A stretch of 64,000 bases of DNA from an uncultured bacterium (GTDB lineage Bacteria > Oederibacteriota > Oederibacteriia > Oederibacteriales > Oederibacteriaceae): contig OZ218778.1 in NCBI GenBank assembly GCA_965112635.1, positions 832,001-896,000 on the forward strand, given 5' to 3'. Under the pieces are notes generated by a model. It was given only the letters and a program-made list of their open reading frames with translations. It had not been told where the DNA came from and did no database searches. Numbering within the stretch: the first letter of the stretch is position 1; each line of letters begins with the position of its first letter. Of the stretch, positions 47,254 to 60,313 are shown piece after piece. A program made the position numbers and the translations under genes.

Positions 47254-47682
47254 ATGGCACCTAAAAAAGTCGTCGCGCAAGTGAAATTGCAAGTGGCTGC
47301 CGCCAAGGCCAATCCGGCTCCTCCCGTGGGCCCGGCTTTGGGACAGCACGGGATCAACATCATGGAGTTTTGCAAGGCCTTTAACGCCAAGACCCAGAAC
47401 CAGGAAGGCCTGATCATTCCCGTTATCGTCACCATTTACCAGGACCGTTCTTTTACTTTTATTCTTAAAACTCCTCCTGCCTCTGTCCTGCTCAAAAGGG
47501 CGGCCGGGATCGCCAAAGCTTCGGCGGTACCAAACAGGACCAAAATAGGCAAAGTGACCATGGCCCAGGTCAAGGAGATCGCGACCCTCAAGATGCCCGA
47601 TCTGAACGCCAATACCGTAGACAAGGCAATGTCCATGGTTTGCGGTACGGCTCGGAGCATGGGCATCGAAGTGGTCGGTTAA
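47254..47682 (+). CDS. rplK: 50S ribosomal protein L11
   Basis: [28 protein letters not shown]. Confidence 0.98.
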   Translation: MAPKKVVAQVKLQVAAAKANPAPPVGPALGQHGINIMEFCKAFNAKTQNQEGLIIPVIVTIYQDRSFTFILKTPPASVLLKRAAGIAKASAVPNRTKIGKVTMAQVKEIATLKMPDLNANTVDKAMSMVCGTARSMGIEVVG

Positions 47683-47693
47683 GGGAGAATCCG

Positions 47694-48389
47694 ATGAGCA
47701 AACGTTTTGAAGCATTGAAAAAGAACCTGGAAAGCAAAATGTATTCCCTCCAGGAGGCGGTGGCGGTCGTCAAGAAAAACGCCACGGCCAAATTTGACGA
47801 AACCATGGAGGTCGCCATCCGCCTGGGACTTGATTCCAAAAAGAGCGACCAGGGGGTACGGGGCACCGTGGCGCTGCCTGCGGGGACCGGCAGAAAGGTC
47901 CGCGTGATCGTGTTCACCAAAGGCGAGAAAGAAAAAGAGGCCCAAGACGCCGGCGCTGACATGATAGGCTCCACGGACCTGATCGAAAAAATACAAAAAG
48001 GGTGGCTGGACTTCGACGTGGCCATTGCTTCGCCCGACCTGATGAAAGACCTGGGCAAGGTTGCCAAGATCCTGGGCCCGCGGGGGTTGATGCCCAATCC
48101 CAAATCCGGAACCGTGACCTTCGAGATCGCCAAGGCGGTCAAAGAGGTTAAAGCCGGCAAGATAGAGTATAAATCAGACGCTGCGGGGATCGTCCATGCG
48201 GGGATCGGCAAATGTTCTTTTACTGAAAACGCTTTGATGGAGAACGCCAAGACCCTCATCGACAGCGTGGTCAAAGCAAAACCTTCCACCAGCAAAGGTC
48301 AGTACTTGCGCAGTGTGAGCGTTTCTAGTACTATGGGTGGCGGTGTCGGGGTCGACATCAAAGAATTTATTAAGTCAAAAGAAGAATAA
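47694..48389 (+). CDS. rplA: 50S ribosomal protein L1
   Basis: KFDET, VRGTVALPAGTG, LGPRGLMPNPKSGTVT; start at MSKRF. Confidence 0.98.
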   Translation: MSKRFEALKKNLESKMYSLQEAVAVVKKNATAKFDETMEVAIRLGLDSKKSDQGVRGTVALPAGTGRKVRVIVFTKGEKEKEAQDAGADMIGSTDLIEKIQKGWLDFDVAIASPDLMKDLGKVAKILGPRGLMPNPKSGTVTFEIAKAVKEVKAGKIEYKSDAAGIVHAGIGKCSFTENALMENAKTLIDSVVKAKPSTSKGQYLRSVSVSSTMGGGVGVDIKEFIKSKEE

Positions 48390-48434
48390 TCAAACGCGGG
48401 TTAATGCCCGCGGGGATGTTTGTATCAAGCTTTA

Positions 48435-48572
48435 CGGTCAAAGACAGCAGGCGGATCCCAGAGGATCCTTAAAACCAAACGGTAAGCCAGACGTGAAAGC
48501 CCGCCGAGATCGGAGTGACTGAACGCAATTTTTAACCTCCGGTTATTTTTGACCGGGGGTTTTTTGTTTTTT
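48435..48572 (+). ncRNA. L10 (rplJ) leader with an attenuator hairpin
   Basis: AAGACAGCAGG...CCCGCCGAG leader hallmarks, then AACCTCCGGTTA-tttt-TGACCGGGGGTT with a poly-T tail. Confidence 0.7.
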
Positions 48573-48627
48573 AAGTGATGATGAGGACAAGGGTGTTTTC
48601 CATTATATATATGGAGAAGGAGAGGCA

Positions 48628-49149
48628 ATGAGCAAAAATCTGGAAGAAAAGCAGAAAAAGGTCAAGGAGTTTGCCGAATCCTTGAAAGGAGTGCAGACCC
48701 TGGTCGTGACCGAATACAAAGGCCTTAATGTGGCTGAAGTTACGGAGTTACGCAGGAAATTAAGGCAGAATAAGGTCAATTATTGCGTCGTGAAAAATAC
48801 TTTGGCCAAATTGAGCTTTGACGCCCTTGGCTATAAAGACCTTAATCCGTTCCTCCAAAATCCCGTGGCCTTGGCCTATACTTCGACCGACCCGGTTTCC
48901 TGCGCCAAGGTCCTGGTAGATTTTCGAAAGGAACACGAATCCTTAAAATTAAAAGCCGGCTGGCTGAACCAAAAGATGATGAACCTTAAAGAAATTGAAG
49001 CTTTAGCCAAGCTCCCCAGCCGAGAAGTGCTGTTGGCGAAATTAGCCTGCAGTTTGCAGGGGCCTCTGGCCGGATTAGCTAGGGTGCTCAATGGTCCCCC
49101 GACCAAGCTGGTCCAGGTTTTAGACGCGATCGCAAAGAAAAAAAAGTAA
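48628..49149 (+). CDS. rplJ: 50S ribosomal protein L10
   Basis: YKGLNVAEVTELR, VVKNTL, LAKLPSREVLLAKL. Confidence 0.97.
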   Translation: MSKNLEEKQKKVKEFAESLKGVQTLVVTEYKGLNVAEVTELRRKLRQNKVNYCVVKNTLAKLSFDALGYKDLNPFLQNPVALAYTSTDPVSCAKVLVDFRKEHESLKLKAGWLNQKMMNLKEIEALAKLPSREVLLAKLACSLQGPLAGLARVLNGPPTKLVQVLDAIAKKKK

Positions 49150-49192
49150 ACGGAATAATTTTTTTAAAAAAAACTAAAGGGAGGTGAACAGA

Positions 49193-49570
49193 ATGGCAAA
49201 TATAGAGGAGTTGCTCCAGACGATAGAGAAAATGAACGTGTTGGAGCTTTCAGAGCTTGTAAAAGCTTTGGAGACAAAATTTGGTGTTTCCGCTGCTCCG
49301 ATGGCTATGGCCATGGCGGGAGGAGCTGCTGCTGGAGACGCTCCCAAAGCCGCTGAGCAGACATCTTTTGGGGTGCATCTCAACGCGGCTGGAGACAAAA
49401 AAATTCAGGTTGTTAAAATCGTCCGTGAAATCACCGGCCTGGGTTTAGCCGAGTCCAAAGCCCTAGTCGATGGAGCGCCTAAAGCTGTCAAGGATGGCGT
49501 TTCCAAAGAGGAAGCAGAAGCTATCAAGGCGAAATTTGACGGTAGTGGTGCTACAATAGAAATCAAGTAA
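49193..49570 (+). CDS. rplL: 50S ribosomal protein L7/L12
   Basis: [38 protein letters not shown]; SD GGAGGTG. Confidence 0.98.
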   Translation: MANIEELLQTIEKMNVLELSELVKALETKFGVSAAPMAMAMAGGAAAGDAPKAAEQTSFGVHLNAAGDKKIQVVKIVREITGLGLAESKALVDGAPKAVKDGVSKEEAEAIKAKFDGSGATIEIK

Positions 49571-49632
49571 GCAGAAACTGCCAAGTGTTCCAAAACAATC
49601 GAATATAGCCTGCTGATAAGGGAGATAAGGGT

Positions 49633-49911
49633 ATGACGCCTGTTGAAAGAGTTGCTGATAGCCTGAAAAACGAAGCTAAAAGGCTCTGTCCCACGGCTTT
49701 TGTGAATACGGTTTCTGAGAGCGATAAATTGGCCAATGTCTATATTTATGCGCCACGCAAGTACGCTGATATGCTGCAAGACAGACTGAAGAGTTTAAGA
49801 ACCCAGATTTTTAAAACCACCACGGGTACTATGGACGTAAGGATCCTGATGGATGATCTGGAAAACGTACCTGCTGCATTAAAGGAAAAAATGGCCAAAG
49901 AGCAGAGATAG
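49633..49911 (+). CDS. Hypothetical 92-aa protein, probably co-transcribed with rplJL
   Basis: SD-like GGAG/AAGGG; lies between rplL and the terminator. Confidence 0.7.
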   Translation: MTPVERVADSLKNEAKRLCPTAFVNTVSESDKLANVYIYAPRKYADMLQDRLKSLRTQIFKTTTGTMDVRILMDDLENVPAALKEKMAKEQR

Positions 49912-49943
49912 ATAACGAAGTTTGCTTTTAAAACTTAACAAGT

Positions 49944-49979
49944 AAAAAAATCCCAATCAGATGATTGGGATTTTTTTTT
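49944..49979 (+). terminator. Rho-independent terminator ending the rplJL operon
   Basis: AAAAAAATCCCAATCA-ga-TGATTGGGATTTTTTTTT. Confidence 0.85.
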
Positions 49980-50114
49980 GGACTAGGACCAAGGAAATGG
50001 AGCCGGCCAGCCTTTCCTGCCAGACGGATCCTGATCCTAGGACGCGAGGCCCCTCATTGCATTCTGGAGTGGTCAAGGTAAAATTAAAACATTCTTCGGA
50101 TAGCAGGAGAGACA

Positions 50115-50849
50115 TTGTTTCAAAAAGCCCTTAAAATTTGGTTTTGGAGATGTTTTGATCCCTTAGGGCGGCTGATAATCCTCAATTCTTGCTGGGTTTT
50201 AGCGGTTATCGGTTTGATCTTGGTCTTAAGAATTGTAATGGCCTATTCCCGGACAATTTTTGTTCTTTCTTGTATAACATTCGTGGCTTTTTTATTACCT
50301 TTACTGCTCATAGTTCTGTTCAAGCTCGTGCAGATCATTAATGAAGAAGGGGTCCAGAGCAACCAACCTTTTAAGCCGTTCCTCCAGAGCAGGGTGTGGG
50401 GGTGTTTGCCCCTATACTGGCTTGATCTTGGGGCATTTTTGCTTTTGGCCAGTAATATTTATTTTTATGCCGGGATCTATACCAAGCACCCTTGGGCAGG
50501 AGGCATCTTGGTGGGCTTATTTTTTTGGCTGACCATGATGTGGATGGTTTTGCAGGCTTATATCATTCCGCTCTTTTTAGAAGGGAAAAGAAATTTGCCT
50601 ACCATCTTGAAGCACGCGGCCATACTAACTTTGGATAATCCAACCTATACCTTATTGAATATGTTTATGTCCCTTTTCATTATCGTTGTTTCTGTCTGTA
50701 CCGTGCTGGGTTTATTCCTCCTGATGATGAGTGTTTTGGCGGTTTGGCAAAACACAGCTTGTCTGGTTTTATTAGAAAAATACAGGCAACAAGCACCCTT
50801 AACTGAGCAAAGGGGCTGGCGCCAGCTGTTCAAACCATGGGAGATCTGA
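50115..50849 (+). CDS. Membrane protein, YesL/DUF624-like
   Basis: About five TM helices; LILNSCW, NIYFY, YIIPL..., LKHAAILTLDNP pattern. Confidence 0.6.
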   Translation: MFQKALKIWFWRCFDPLGRLIILNSCWVLAVIGLILVLRIVMAYSRTIFVLSCITFVAFLLPLLLIVLFKLVQIINEEGVQSNQPFKPFLQSRVWGCLPLYWLDLGAFLLLASNIYFYAGIYTKHPWAGGILVGLFFWLTMMWMVLQAYIIPLFLEGKRNLPTILKHAAILTLDNPTYTLLNMFMSLFIIVVSVCTVLGLFLLMMSVLAVWQNTACLVLLEKYRQQAPLTEQRGWRQLFKPWEI

Positions 50850-50850
50850 C

Positions 50851-51222
50851 ATGTTTAGACCGTTCCAAAGGAGTTTAGTGAGACTGCGTTATTCCAGAAC
50901 CTTGCGGACCAAATGGGGAGGATTGCGGAACAAGTTCTTTTCTTGGGAATACGTTGTTTTATCCGTATTGCTCGTAGGTTTGTTCTTTTTTTTCACAGGG
51001 AAGAACGGGATCCTGGCGTTGATCCGGTTATCCAGTGAAAAGCAAAGAATAACAAGAGAGTTGGTAGAATTAAAAGCGAGCCAGCAGGAAATACAACGCA
51101 GGATCAATTCCCTAAAAAACAACCCCTATGAGGAAGAGAAAATCGCCAGAGAACAATTGGGTATGGCCAAACCAGATGAATATATCTACCGGTTCATCCA
51201 AGACCCAAAGGCAAAACATTAA
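50851..51222 (+). CDS. Septum formation initiator FtsB/DivIC family
   Basis: TM, GKNG, coiled coil, EKIAREQLGMAKPDEYIY. Confidence 0.88.
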   Translation: MFRPFQRSLVRLRYSRTLRTKWGGLRNKFFSWEYVVLSVLLVGLFFFFTGKNGILALIRLSSEKQRITRELVELKASQQEIQRRINSLKNNPYEEEKIAREQLGMAKPDEYIYRFIQDPKAKH

Positions 51223-51265
51223 TAAATGGTGGTAGAAGGGGGAGGAAGGCTTCAGGTATCAGGTC

Positions 51266-51295
51266 TTGACAATGGTTGCAATAGTTTTTTATACT
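51266..51295 (+). promoter_or_regulatory. Sigma-70 type promoter
   Basis: TTGACA-18-TATACT. Confidence 0.65.
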
Positions 51296-51434
51296 CAATT
51301 ATTCGTATTTTCGTTCCATAAGCATTCCACCAGATGACCCGCCCTTCTCATGGTGCATCGTTTGGCCTGAGCAGGATAGATTAGACCCGTCAGGTCATGG
51401 GGCAAATCTATAGACAACCAAGGGGAACAGCATC

Positions 51435-51839
51435 ATGAACTATTCCGTAGGGGATATTGTCGAGGGTACCGTAACAAAAATAAGCAAGTTTAACGCCACC
51501 ATCGGCCTGCCAGACGGCAAACATGGTCAGGTGCGCATCTCAGAGATTGCCGTTACTTATGTCAAAGATATCAGGCACCACCTCAAAGAAAACCAAAAAA
51601 TCAAAGCCAAGGTGTTAGGCATAGGGCAGGACGGCCATCTGGATCTTTCCATCAAAAAGACCCTTTCCGACCAGGAACCCGTCCAGAAAAATAAGCAGGA
51701 AAAAAACGCCGTTCCCGAAAGCAAAAACCAGCCCCAATCTTCTTTGGGTCTGCCCGTTCCTTTTGAGGAAAGATTGAACCGCATTGCGAGGAACAGCGAA
51801 ACAAAATTGGATGAATTGAAAAAAAATATCCAGGGGTGA
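51435..51839 (+). CDS. S1 RNA-binding domain protein (YabR/YugI-like)
   Basis: VGDIVEGTVTKI, ISEIA..YVKDI, LDLSIKK, FEERL. Confidence 0.85.
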   Translation: MNYSVGDIVEGTVTKISKFNATIGLPDGKHGQVRISEIAVTYVKDIRHHLKENQKIKAKVLGIGQDGHLDLSIKKTLSDQEPVQKNKQEKNAVPESKNQPQSSLGLPVPFEERLNRIARNSETKLDELKKNIQG

Positions 51840-51885
51840 GCGGGACCTGGAAAGCAGATCAAATTGTTTTGATTAAGGAAACCCC

Positions 51886-52374
51886 ATGGTTGAAATGAAA
51901 GTTAAGGGTATCGCGATCGACGCCACCAAGTATAACACCCCCGTCGTAATCCTCACCGATATGGAAGAGAAGCATATGCTTCCCATCTGGATAGGGCTTT
52001 TTGAGGCCAACGCCATCATCACGGCCATGGAAAACATCAGTGTGCCCCGCCCGCTCACGCATGATCTTATGAAGACCATGCTGGATACCCTGGGGGCCAC
52101 GATGACCAGCATTGTCGTGACCAAGTTCAGCGAAGGAACTTTTTACGCCGAGATCACTTTGGAAGCCAAAGAGGCCAAATACGTCATTGATGCAAGGCCT
52201 TCGGATGCAGTGGCTTTGGCTCTGAGGACCAAATCCCCGATCTATGTTTCGGAGAACGTGGTCCTAGAGGCCACCATCCTGGACGAGATGAAGATCAGTA
52301 AAGAAACCGAAGAGCTGAAAAAATGGCTGGAGAATCTGAAGCCCAGCGATTTCGGCAACAGCCCCATGCAATGA
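51886..52374 (+). CDS. Bifunctional nuclease family (DUF151) protein
   Basis: LPIWIGLFEA.AI, PRPLTHDL, FYA, IDARPSDAVALALR. Confidence 0.93.
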   Translation: MVEMKVKGIAIDATKYNTPVVILTDMEEKHMLPIWIGLFEANAIITAMENISVPRPLTHDLMKTMLDTLGATMTSIVVTKFSEGTFYAEITLEAKEAKYVIDARPSDAVALALRTKSPIYVSENVVLEATILDEMKISKETEELKKWLENLKPSDFGNSPMQ

Positions 52375-52377
52375 TCC

Positions 52378-52605
52378 ATGGAAAAAAAAGACTGGCGTCT
52401 GGTCCGGCAGCTCGGTGAGTTAAGTACAATAGGTCTCACTTTAGTTCTATCAACTTTTGTGGGTTTGGCTATTGGAATGGGATTAGATTATTGGCTAAAA
52501 TTCACCTATCCTTGGGGCTCAATATTTTTTTTATTGTTGGGAATAGTATCTGGATTCTGGAATATTATTAATACCGCTTTACCCAAGCAGGATAAAAAAA
52601 ATTAA
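52378..52605 (+). CDS. ATP synthase accessory protein, AtpZ/AtpI (gene 1) family
   Basis: IGLTLV...G..IG..LD.W....PW......LLGIVSGF.N. Confidence 0.88.
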   Translation: MEKKDWRLVRQLGELSTIGLTLVLSTFVGLAIGMGLDYWLKFTYPWGSIFFLLLGIVSGFWNIINTALPKQDKKN

Positions 52606-52624
52606 TAATTTTCTACACAATAAG

Positions 52625-53030
52625 GTGGAATATTCAAATAATGAGCAAGGAATACTTATGTATATTTTTTTATTTCAGCTATTAAAAAGAACCATATGGG
52701 TAGGGTTAGTTCTTTCCGCTCTATGCCTATTCCTGGGTAAAGGTTGGTGGGCTTTTGGAGTTCTTATCGGAGCAAGTTTGACATTAATTAGTTTAGTTAT
52801 AATGTCACGCGGGGTTGAAAAGGCATTACAACTAACAGTCCTAAAAGCGAAGGTTTATATGTGGGTTACCAGTTTTGTAAGACTAATTTTTGTTTCTCTA
52901 ATTGTCGTTTTACTATTTGAACTGAAAATTGCGCTAGGATTAGGTGCTATAATTGGCCTTTTATCAGTTGTTATAGCATTGACAACTTCATTACTTATCC
53001 CTTTTAAAAGAATTCAAAAGGAGATTGTTT

Positions 53031-53044
<14 letters not shown>
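52625..53044 (+). CDS. atpI: ATP synthase protein I (4 TM)
   Basis: Four hydrophobic helices, SFVRL; located directly before atpB. Confidence 0.7.
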
Positions 53045-54213
<1,169 letters not shown>

Positions 54214-54231
54214 ATTAAAAAGGAAGACTCA

Positions 54232-54726
54232 ATGGTTGAGATTGACTTAAAAACACTTTTAGTACAAGTTTTTACTTTTCTAATTGGTGCTTTTTTGCTG
54301 TGGAAGACCGGTATCAGGTATTTTGCCGCGATCCTGGAAAAACGCAAAGAGCAAATTAAAAAAGACCTGGATCAGGCCCAAAATACCCGTCTCGAGGTCG
54401 AGAAGATCAAAGCGGATTTCGAAAAGCAATTGGCCGAGATGAAACAGAGGAGCCAGCAGCGCCTGGCAGAAGCCGTGCAGGAAGGCAACCAACAAAAGGC
54501 CAGAATGCTGGAAGAGACCAAAGCTGAGGCCAAAGCCCTGCTGGACAAAGCCAGCCAGGATATCGAGCGGCAGATGCAGTCTGTAAAAAAAGAGATCAAG
54601 AACGAAGTGGTTTCCTTGGCTATGCAGGCGGCGGAAAAGGTAGTGGGACGAACCGTGGACCAAGCTGCCCAGAAAAAACTGGTCGAGGATTTCTTGAAAG
54701 ATTTGGCCGGCAGCACCATAAATTAA
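54232..54726 (+). CDS. atpF: F0 ATP synthase subunit b
   Basis: N-terminal TM, LEKRKEQI, coiled coil, AAEKVVG. Confidence 0.93.
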   Translation: MVEIDLKTLLVQVFTFLIGAFLLWKTGIRYFAAILEKRKEQIKKDLDQAQNTRLEVEKIKADFEKQLAEMKQRSQQRLAEAVQEGNQQKARMLEETKAEAKALLDKASQDIERQMQSVKKEIKNEVVSLAMQAAEKVVGRTVDQAAQKKLVEDFLKDLAGSTIN

Positions 54727-54780
54727 CACCTTTTTGCCGAGCTAAGAAAATTTATTTCAGAAGAAGATCAGGAGAGAAGA

Positions 54781-55320
54781 TTGAAGCACCCCTTATTGGC
54801 CAAGCGGTATGCCCGGTCGCTCTGGGCGGTCGCGGCTGAACAAAAGAATACGGACCAGGTGGAACAAGCTCTTGGCCGGTTCTGCGGTTTATTGGAGCAG
54901 AACCCGGACCTGGCCAAATTCGTCAGCCATCCTTTAGCCAGCAAGCAGGACAAGCTCAAGGTGGCCCAAGAGGTGTTGGGTGGTGAAGCTCCAGAGGTGT
55001 TTATAAAATTTCTCTCTCTGATTTTCGAAAAAAGGGCAGACCTTTCCTTCCGCCAAATCTTTGAGCAGTACCAACTGTTTTCTCGGGAATCCAAGGGACA
55101 GGTCCAGGCCGAGGTTGTTTCCAGCGCTTTGCTTTCCGAACAGGAAAAAAAGCAGCTACAGGAGATACTCAAGGGAAAACTGCAAAAAGATGTTCTTTTA
55201 AAAGAGAGCGTGGACCCCGGGCTCATGGGTGGTCTCATCGTCAAGGTAGGCGACAAAGTGTGGGACGGATCGTTGGGCGCCAGACTCAGAGCTTTAAGAG
55301 AGCAGCTGCTGCAGAATTGA
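54781..55320 (+). CDS. atpH: F1 ATP synthase subunit delta
   Basis: AKRYARSL, VDPGLMGGLIVKVGDKVWDGS. Confidence 0.94.
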   Translation: MKHPLLAKRYARSLWAVAAEQKNTDQVEQALGRFCGLLEQNPDLAKFVSHPLASKQDKLKVAQEVLGGEAPEVFIKFLSLIFEKRADLSFRQIFEQYQLFSRESKGQVQAEVVSSALLSEQEKKQLQEILKGKLQKDVLLKESVDPGLMGGLIVKVGDKVWDGSLGARLRALREQLLQN

Positions 55321-55369
55321 AAGTCTTAGATCTTGAATTAGAAAATAAAAAAGAAAAGAGGGGATTGCA

Positions 55370-56884
55370 GTGCAGATCAAGGCGGAAGAAATAACTTCCA
55401 TCATCAAGAAACAGATCCAGGGTTTTGACCAAAAATTGCAGATGGCCGAGGTTGGGACGGTCATCCAGGTCGGGGACGGCATCGCCCGTGTCTGGGGCCT
55501 ATCCCGAGCCATGTCCTCGGAGCTGGTGGAATTCCCCAACAACGTCTTTGGACTGGTCCTCAACCTGGAGCAAGAGAACGTGGGCTGCGTCATTTTAGGC
55601 GATGACAAGTTGATTAAGGAAGGCGATACGGTCAAATGTACCGGCCGCATCATGCAGGTCCCTTCCGGGGAAGCCCTTTTAGGAAGGGTGGTCAACGCTT
55701 TGGGCCAGCCCCTAGACGGCAAAGGCCCCATCAACACCAAGACTTTCCGACCCATTGAGTACAAGGCCGCCGGGGTCGTGGACCGCCAGCCGGTCAAAGA
55801 ACCCCTGCAGACCGGCCTCAAGTGCATTGATGCCATGACCGCCATTGGGCGGGGGCAACGCGAACTCATCATCGGGGACCGCCAGACCGGCAAGACTGCG
55901 GTTGCGATTGACACCATTATCAACCAAAAAGGCGGGGACGTCATCTGCATCTATGTGGCCATTGGACAAAAGCAATCTACCGTAGCTCAGGTCATCAAGA
56001 CCCTGACGGATTTTGGCTGCATGTCCTATACCATCGTAGTCTCGGCCACGGCGTCTGACCCGGCCCCTTTGCAGTATATTGCTCCTTACGCGGGATGTGC
56101 CATGGGAGAAGAGTTTATGCTCCGGGGCAAACATGTACTTATTATTTATGACGATCTGTCCAAGCAGGCCACGGCTTACCGCCAGCTGTCCCTATTACTG
56201 CGCCGTCCTCCGGGTCGTGAAGCCTATCCGGGGGATGTCTTTTATCTCCACTCCCGGTTGTTGGAGAGGGCGGTCAAGCTCTCCGATGAAAAAGGCGGAG
56301 GCTCCATCACCGCGCTGCCCATTATTGAAACGCAGGAAGGCGACTTTTCTGCTTATATCCCGACCAATGTCATTTCTATCACGGACGGCCAGATCTATTT
56401 GGAAAGCAATTTGTTCTACTCCGGCATCCGTCCGGCCATGAACACCGGGCTTTCGGTCTCCCGTGTGGGAGGCAATGCCCAGGTCAAGGCCATGAAACAG
56501 GTGGCAGGTCTTCTTAAGCTCGAACTGGCCCAGTACCGCGACCTAGCGGCTTTTGCCCAGTCGGGGAGTGACCTGGACAAGGCCACACTGGCCCAGTTGC
56601 GGCGCGGGGAACGCATGGTGGAGCTTTTAAAGCAGGACCAATTCAGGCCCATGCCCGTGGAACAGCAGATTATTTCCATATATGCGGGAACCAGCGGCGC
56701 CATTGATGACCTGGCCGTGGACTCGATCGCCAAGTTTGAAAAGGGACTGCTGGAGTTCTGCCGGAAAAAATACAGCGATGTGCTCTCGACCATCAAAGAG
56801 AAGAAAAATTTGACAGACGATTTGAAAAAGAAAATGGACCAGATCATTCAGGAATACAAAACCCAGTTCAAGGCGAACCAATAA
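55370..56884 (+). CDS. atpA: F1 ATP synthase subunit alpha
   Basis: [23 protein letters not shown]. Confidence 0.99.
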   Translation: MQIKAEEITSIIKKQIQGFDQKLQMAEVGTVIQVGDGIARVWGLSRAMSSELVEFPNNVFGLVLNLEQENVGCVILGDDKLIKEGDTVKCTGRIMQVPSGEALLGRVVNALGQPLDGKGPINTKTFRPIEYKAAGVVDRQPVKEPLQTGLKCIDAMTAIGRGQRELIIGDRQTGKTAVAIDTIINQKGGDVICIYVAIGQKQSTVAQVIKTLTDFGCMSYTIVVSATASDPAPLQYIAPYAGCAMGEEFMLRGKHVLIIYDDLSKQATAYRQLSLLLRRPPGREAYPGDVFYLHSRLLERAVKLSDEKGGGSITALPIIETQEGDFSAYIPTNVISITDGQIYLESNLFYSGIRPAMNTGLSVSRVGGNAQVKAMKQVAGLLKLELAQYRDLAAFAQSGSDLDKATLAQLRRGERMVELLKQDQFRPMPVEQQIISIYAGTSGAIDDLAVDSIAKFEKGLLEFCRKKYSDVLSTIKEKKNLTDDLKKKMDQIIQEYKTQFKANQ

Positions 56885-56887
56885 AAA

Positions 56888-57757
56888 ATGGCCCAGTCAC
56901 GTGAACTCAGACAGCGAATCAAGAGCGTCGGCAACATTCAGAAGATCACCAAGGCCATGAAAATGGTGGCCGCGGTCAAGATTCGCAAAGCGCAGGAGAC
57001 CATAGTCAAGGCCAGGCCCTATGCCCTCAAGATGAAAGAAGTGCTGCAGGATGTGGCCTCCACGGTGCCTGCGGACGATCATCCTTTGCTGCGGGCCAAG
57101 GTTACCAAAGGCCTTGTCCCCAAGACCCTGCTGGTGGTCGTCACCGCGGACAAAGGGATGTGCGGCTCGTTCAACGCCAACATAGTGCGGCGGGCCAACG
57201 CGTTCCTTAAAAATTTTGACAAGGATAAAGTAGAGCTCCTGATCGTGGGCCGTAAAGGCCGTTCTTCGATGGGAAAGACGAACTTCCCGATCTATAAGGA
57301 TTATGTCAATATTTTCAGGAACCTGGGATATGATGCCGCTTCGGCCATCGGCCAGGATGTCATTGACCGGTTCGTCCGGAGGGACATCCAGGAGGTCACG
57401 ATCATCTACAACGAGTTCAAGTCGGCCCTGCAGCAGAGGGTAGTCGAGGAAAGGCTGCTGCCCCTGGCCCGGCCCGAAGGGGGAGATAAAAAAAGAGGTT
57501 CGGAATATATGTTCGAGCCCGCGGGCAAGGCGCTGCTGGAGGTCCTGCTTCCCCGGTCCTTGAAGATCCAGGTTTACCGGGTGCTTTTGGAGTCCCAGGC
57601 GGCCGAGCTATCCGCACGGTTGATGGCCATGGACGCGGCCACCAAGAACGCGGGGGAGATGATCATTACCCTGACCCGGACGTACAACCGCATCCGACAG
57701 GCCGGCATCACCAAGGAAATTCTGGAAGTGGTCTCGGGCGCGGAGGCTTTGAACTAG
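56888..57757 (+). CDS. atpG: F1 ATP synthase subunit gamma
   Basis: KITKAMKMVAA, DKGMCGSFN, YNRIRQAGITKEI. Confidence 0.98.
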   Translation: MAQSRELRQRIKSVGNIQKITKAMKMVAAVKIRKAQETIVKARPYALKMKEVLQDVASTVPADDHPLLRAKVTKGLVPKTLLVVVTADKGMCGSFNANIVRRANAFLKNFDKDKVELLIVGRKGRSSMGKTNFPIYKDYVNIFRNLGYDAASAIGQDVIDRFVRRDIQEVTIIYNEFKSALQQRVVEERLLPLARPEGGDKKRGSEYMFEPAGKALLEVLLPRSLKIQVYRVLLESQAAELSARLMAMDAATKNAGEMIITLTRTYNRIRQAGITKEILEVVSGAEALN

Positions 57758-57785
57758 TTTAAAAAATGGTCTAAATTTTAAATAG

Positions 57786-59207
<1,422 letters not shown>

Positions 59208-59228
59208 TTAATCTAAAGAAGAGGAAGC

Positions 59229-59654
59229 ATGGCCCAAGAGGTAGCGCTAAAGACATTTGAGGTGGAACTTTTGACCCCGGAGCGGATGGTTTTGAAACAA
59301 ACGGCCAGGTCCGTGGTCTTGCCGGGCAGCCAGGGTGAGCTGGGAGTTTTAGCGGGCCACGCCTCGCTTCTTACCGCTTTGACCCGGGGCAGGCTCAAGA
59401 TTAGCGACAGCCAGGGCAAAGCGCAGATCTTCAGCGTGACTGGCGGGTTCGCCGAGGTGCAGGGTAAAAGGGTCATTATCCTGGCTGACGCGGCTGAAAG
59501 AGCCGACCTTATTGACGTGGAGCGAGCTCAGCGGGCCAAACAGCGCGCCCTGGAACGCCTGGCTCAGAAAAAAGAAGACATTGACCTGGCCAGGGCCAGA
59601 GCTGCCTTGGCCAGAGCCGAAAACCGTCTCAAAGTTTCTGGTAAAGAAGAATAA
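59229..59654 (+). CDS. atpC: F1 ATP synthase subunit epsilon
   Basis: LLTPE, GELGVLAGHA, GGFAEV, IDVERA. Confidence 0.97.
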   Translation: MAQEVALKTFEVELLTPERMVLKQTARSVVLPGSQGELGVLAGHASLLTALTRGRLKISDSQGKAQIFSVTGGFAEVQGKRVIILADAAERADLIDVERAQRAKQRALERLAQKKEDIDLARARAALARAENRLKVSGKEE

Positions 59655-59689
59655 TCGATTTCAATATCTTCCTTAAAGGTGGGTAAAAG

Positions 59690-60208
59690 TTGAGAAAGGG
59701 ATTTATTGCAGGTTTGACCATCGGATTGGTCTGGCTGACAACGGCCTGCGCTCCGGGCGGGGTCAGCATCATCAAAAATCTACCGGGGCCATTGACCCAA
59801 TACCAGAGCGTAGCGGTCAGCGTCGTGGGCCCGCAGGCAAGCGCAGAGCAGAAGACCATGGTCAAGAACCTCCTGATGGCCAGCCTGGGGAGCACGAGGA
59901 AATTTCAGAACATCTACGACTACGACAACGGCAATGATTCCGAGAAAACCCAGCTTTTGCTCAGGGTCTTCATCACCAAGATAGCCGAGATAGACCGTTC
60001 AACTTTGAACATGTCCCATGCCCTGGAGGCCCCTCCGTCATCCATCACCATGGATGTCAGTTTTGTGGATGCCAAAACAAGCGCGACTACAGGGGAGATA
60101 TCAGCCTACGGAGAGAGCATCCGGAAGAGCCAGGGCCAGTCAGAGATCGAAGTGGCGGCTTCCGCGGCCATCCAGCATGTGGTTGATTTCATCAATCAAA
60201 ATCAGTAG
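59690..60208 (+). CDS. Hypothetical lipoprotein
   Basis: Lipobox-like TTAC after a hydrophobic signal; alpha/beta pattern. Confidence 0.65.
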   Translation: MRKGFIAGLTIGLVWLTTACAPGGVSIIKNLPGPLTQYQSVAVSVVGPQASAEQKTMVKNLLMASLGSTRKFQNIYDYDNGNDSEKTQLLLRVFITKIAEIDRSTLNMSHALEAPPSSITMDVSFVDAKTSATTGEISAYGESIRKSQGQSEIEVAASAAIQHVVDFINQNQ

Positions 60209-60313
60209 ACACTCCAGCGTTTTTCAGCAAAAAATCAATTCTGTGTAACTTTTTGGTCTTGTTATTTGTATATATATACAGAAGGTCAGAGAAAGCCTAA
60301 AAAGGAGGAAAAC

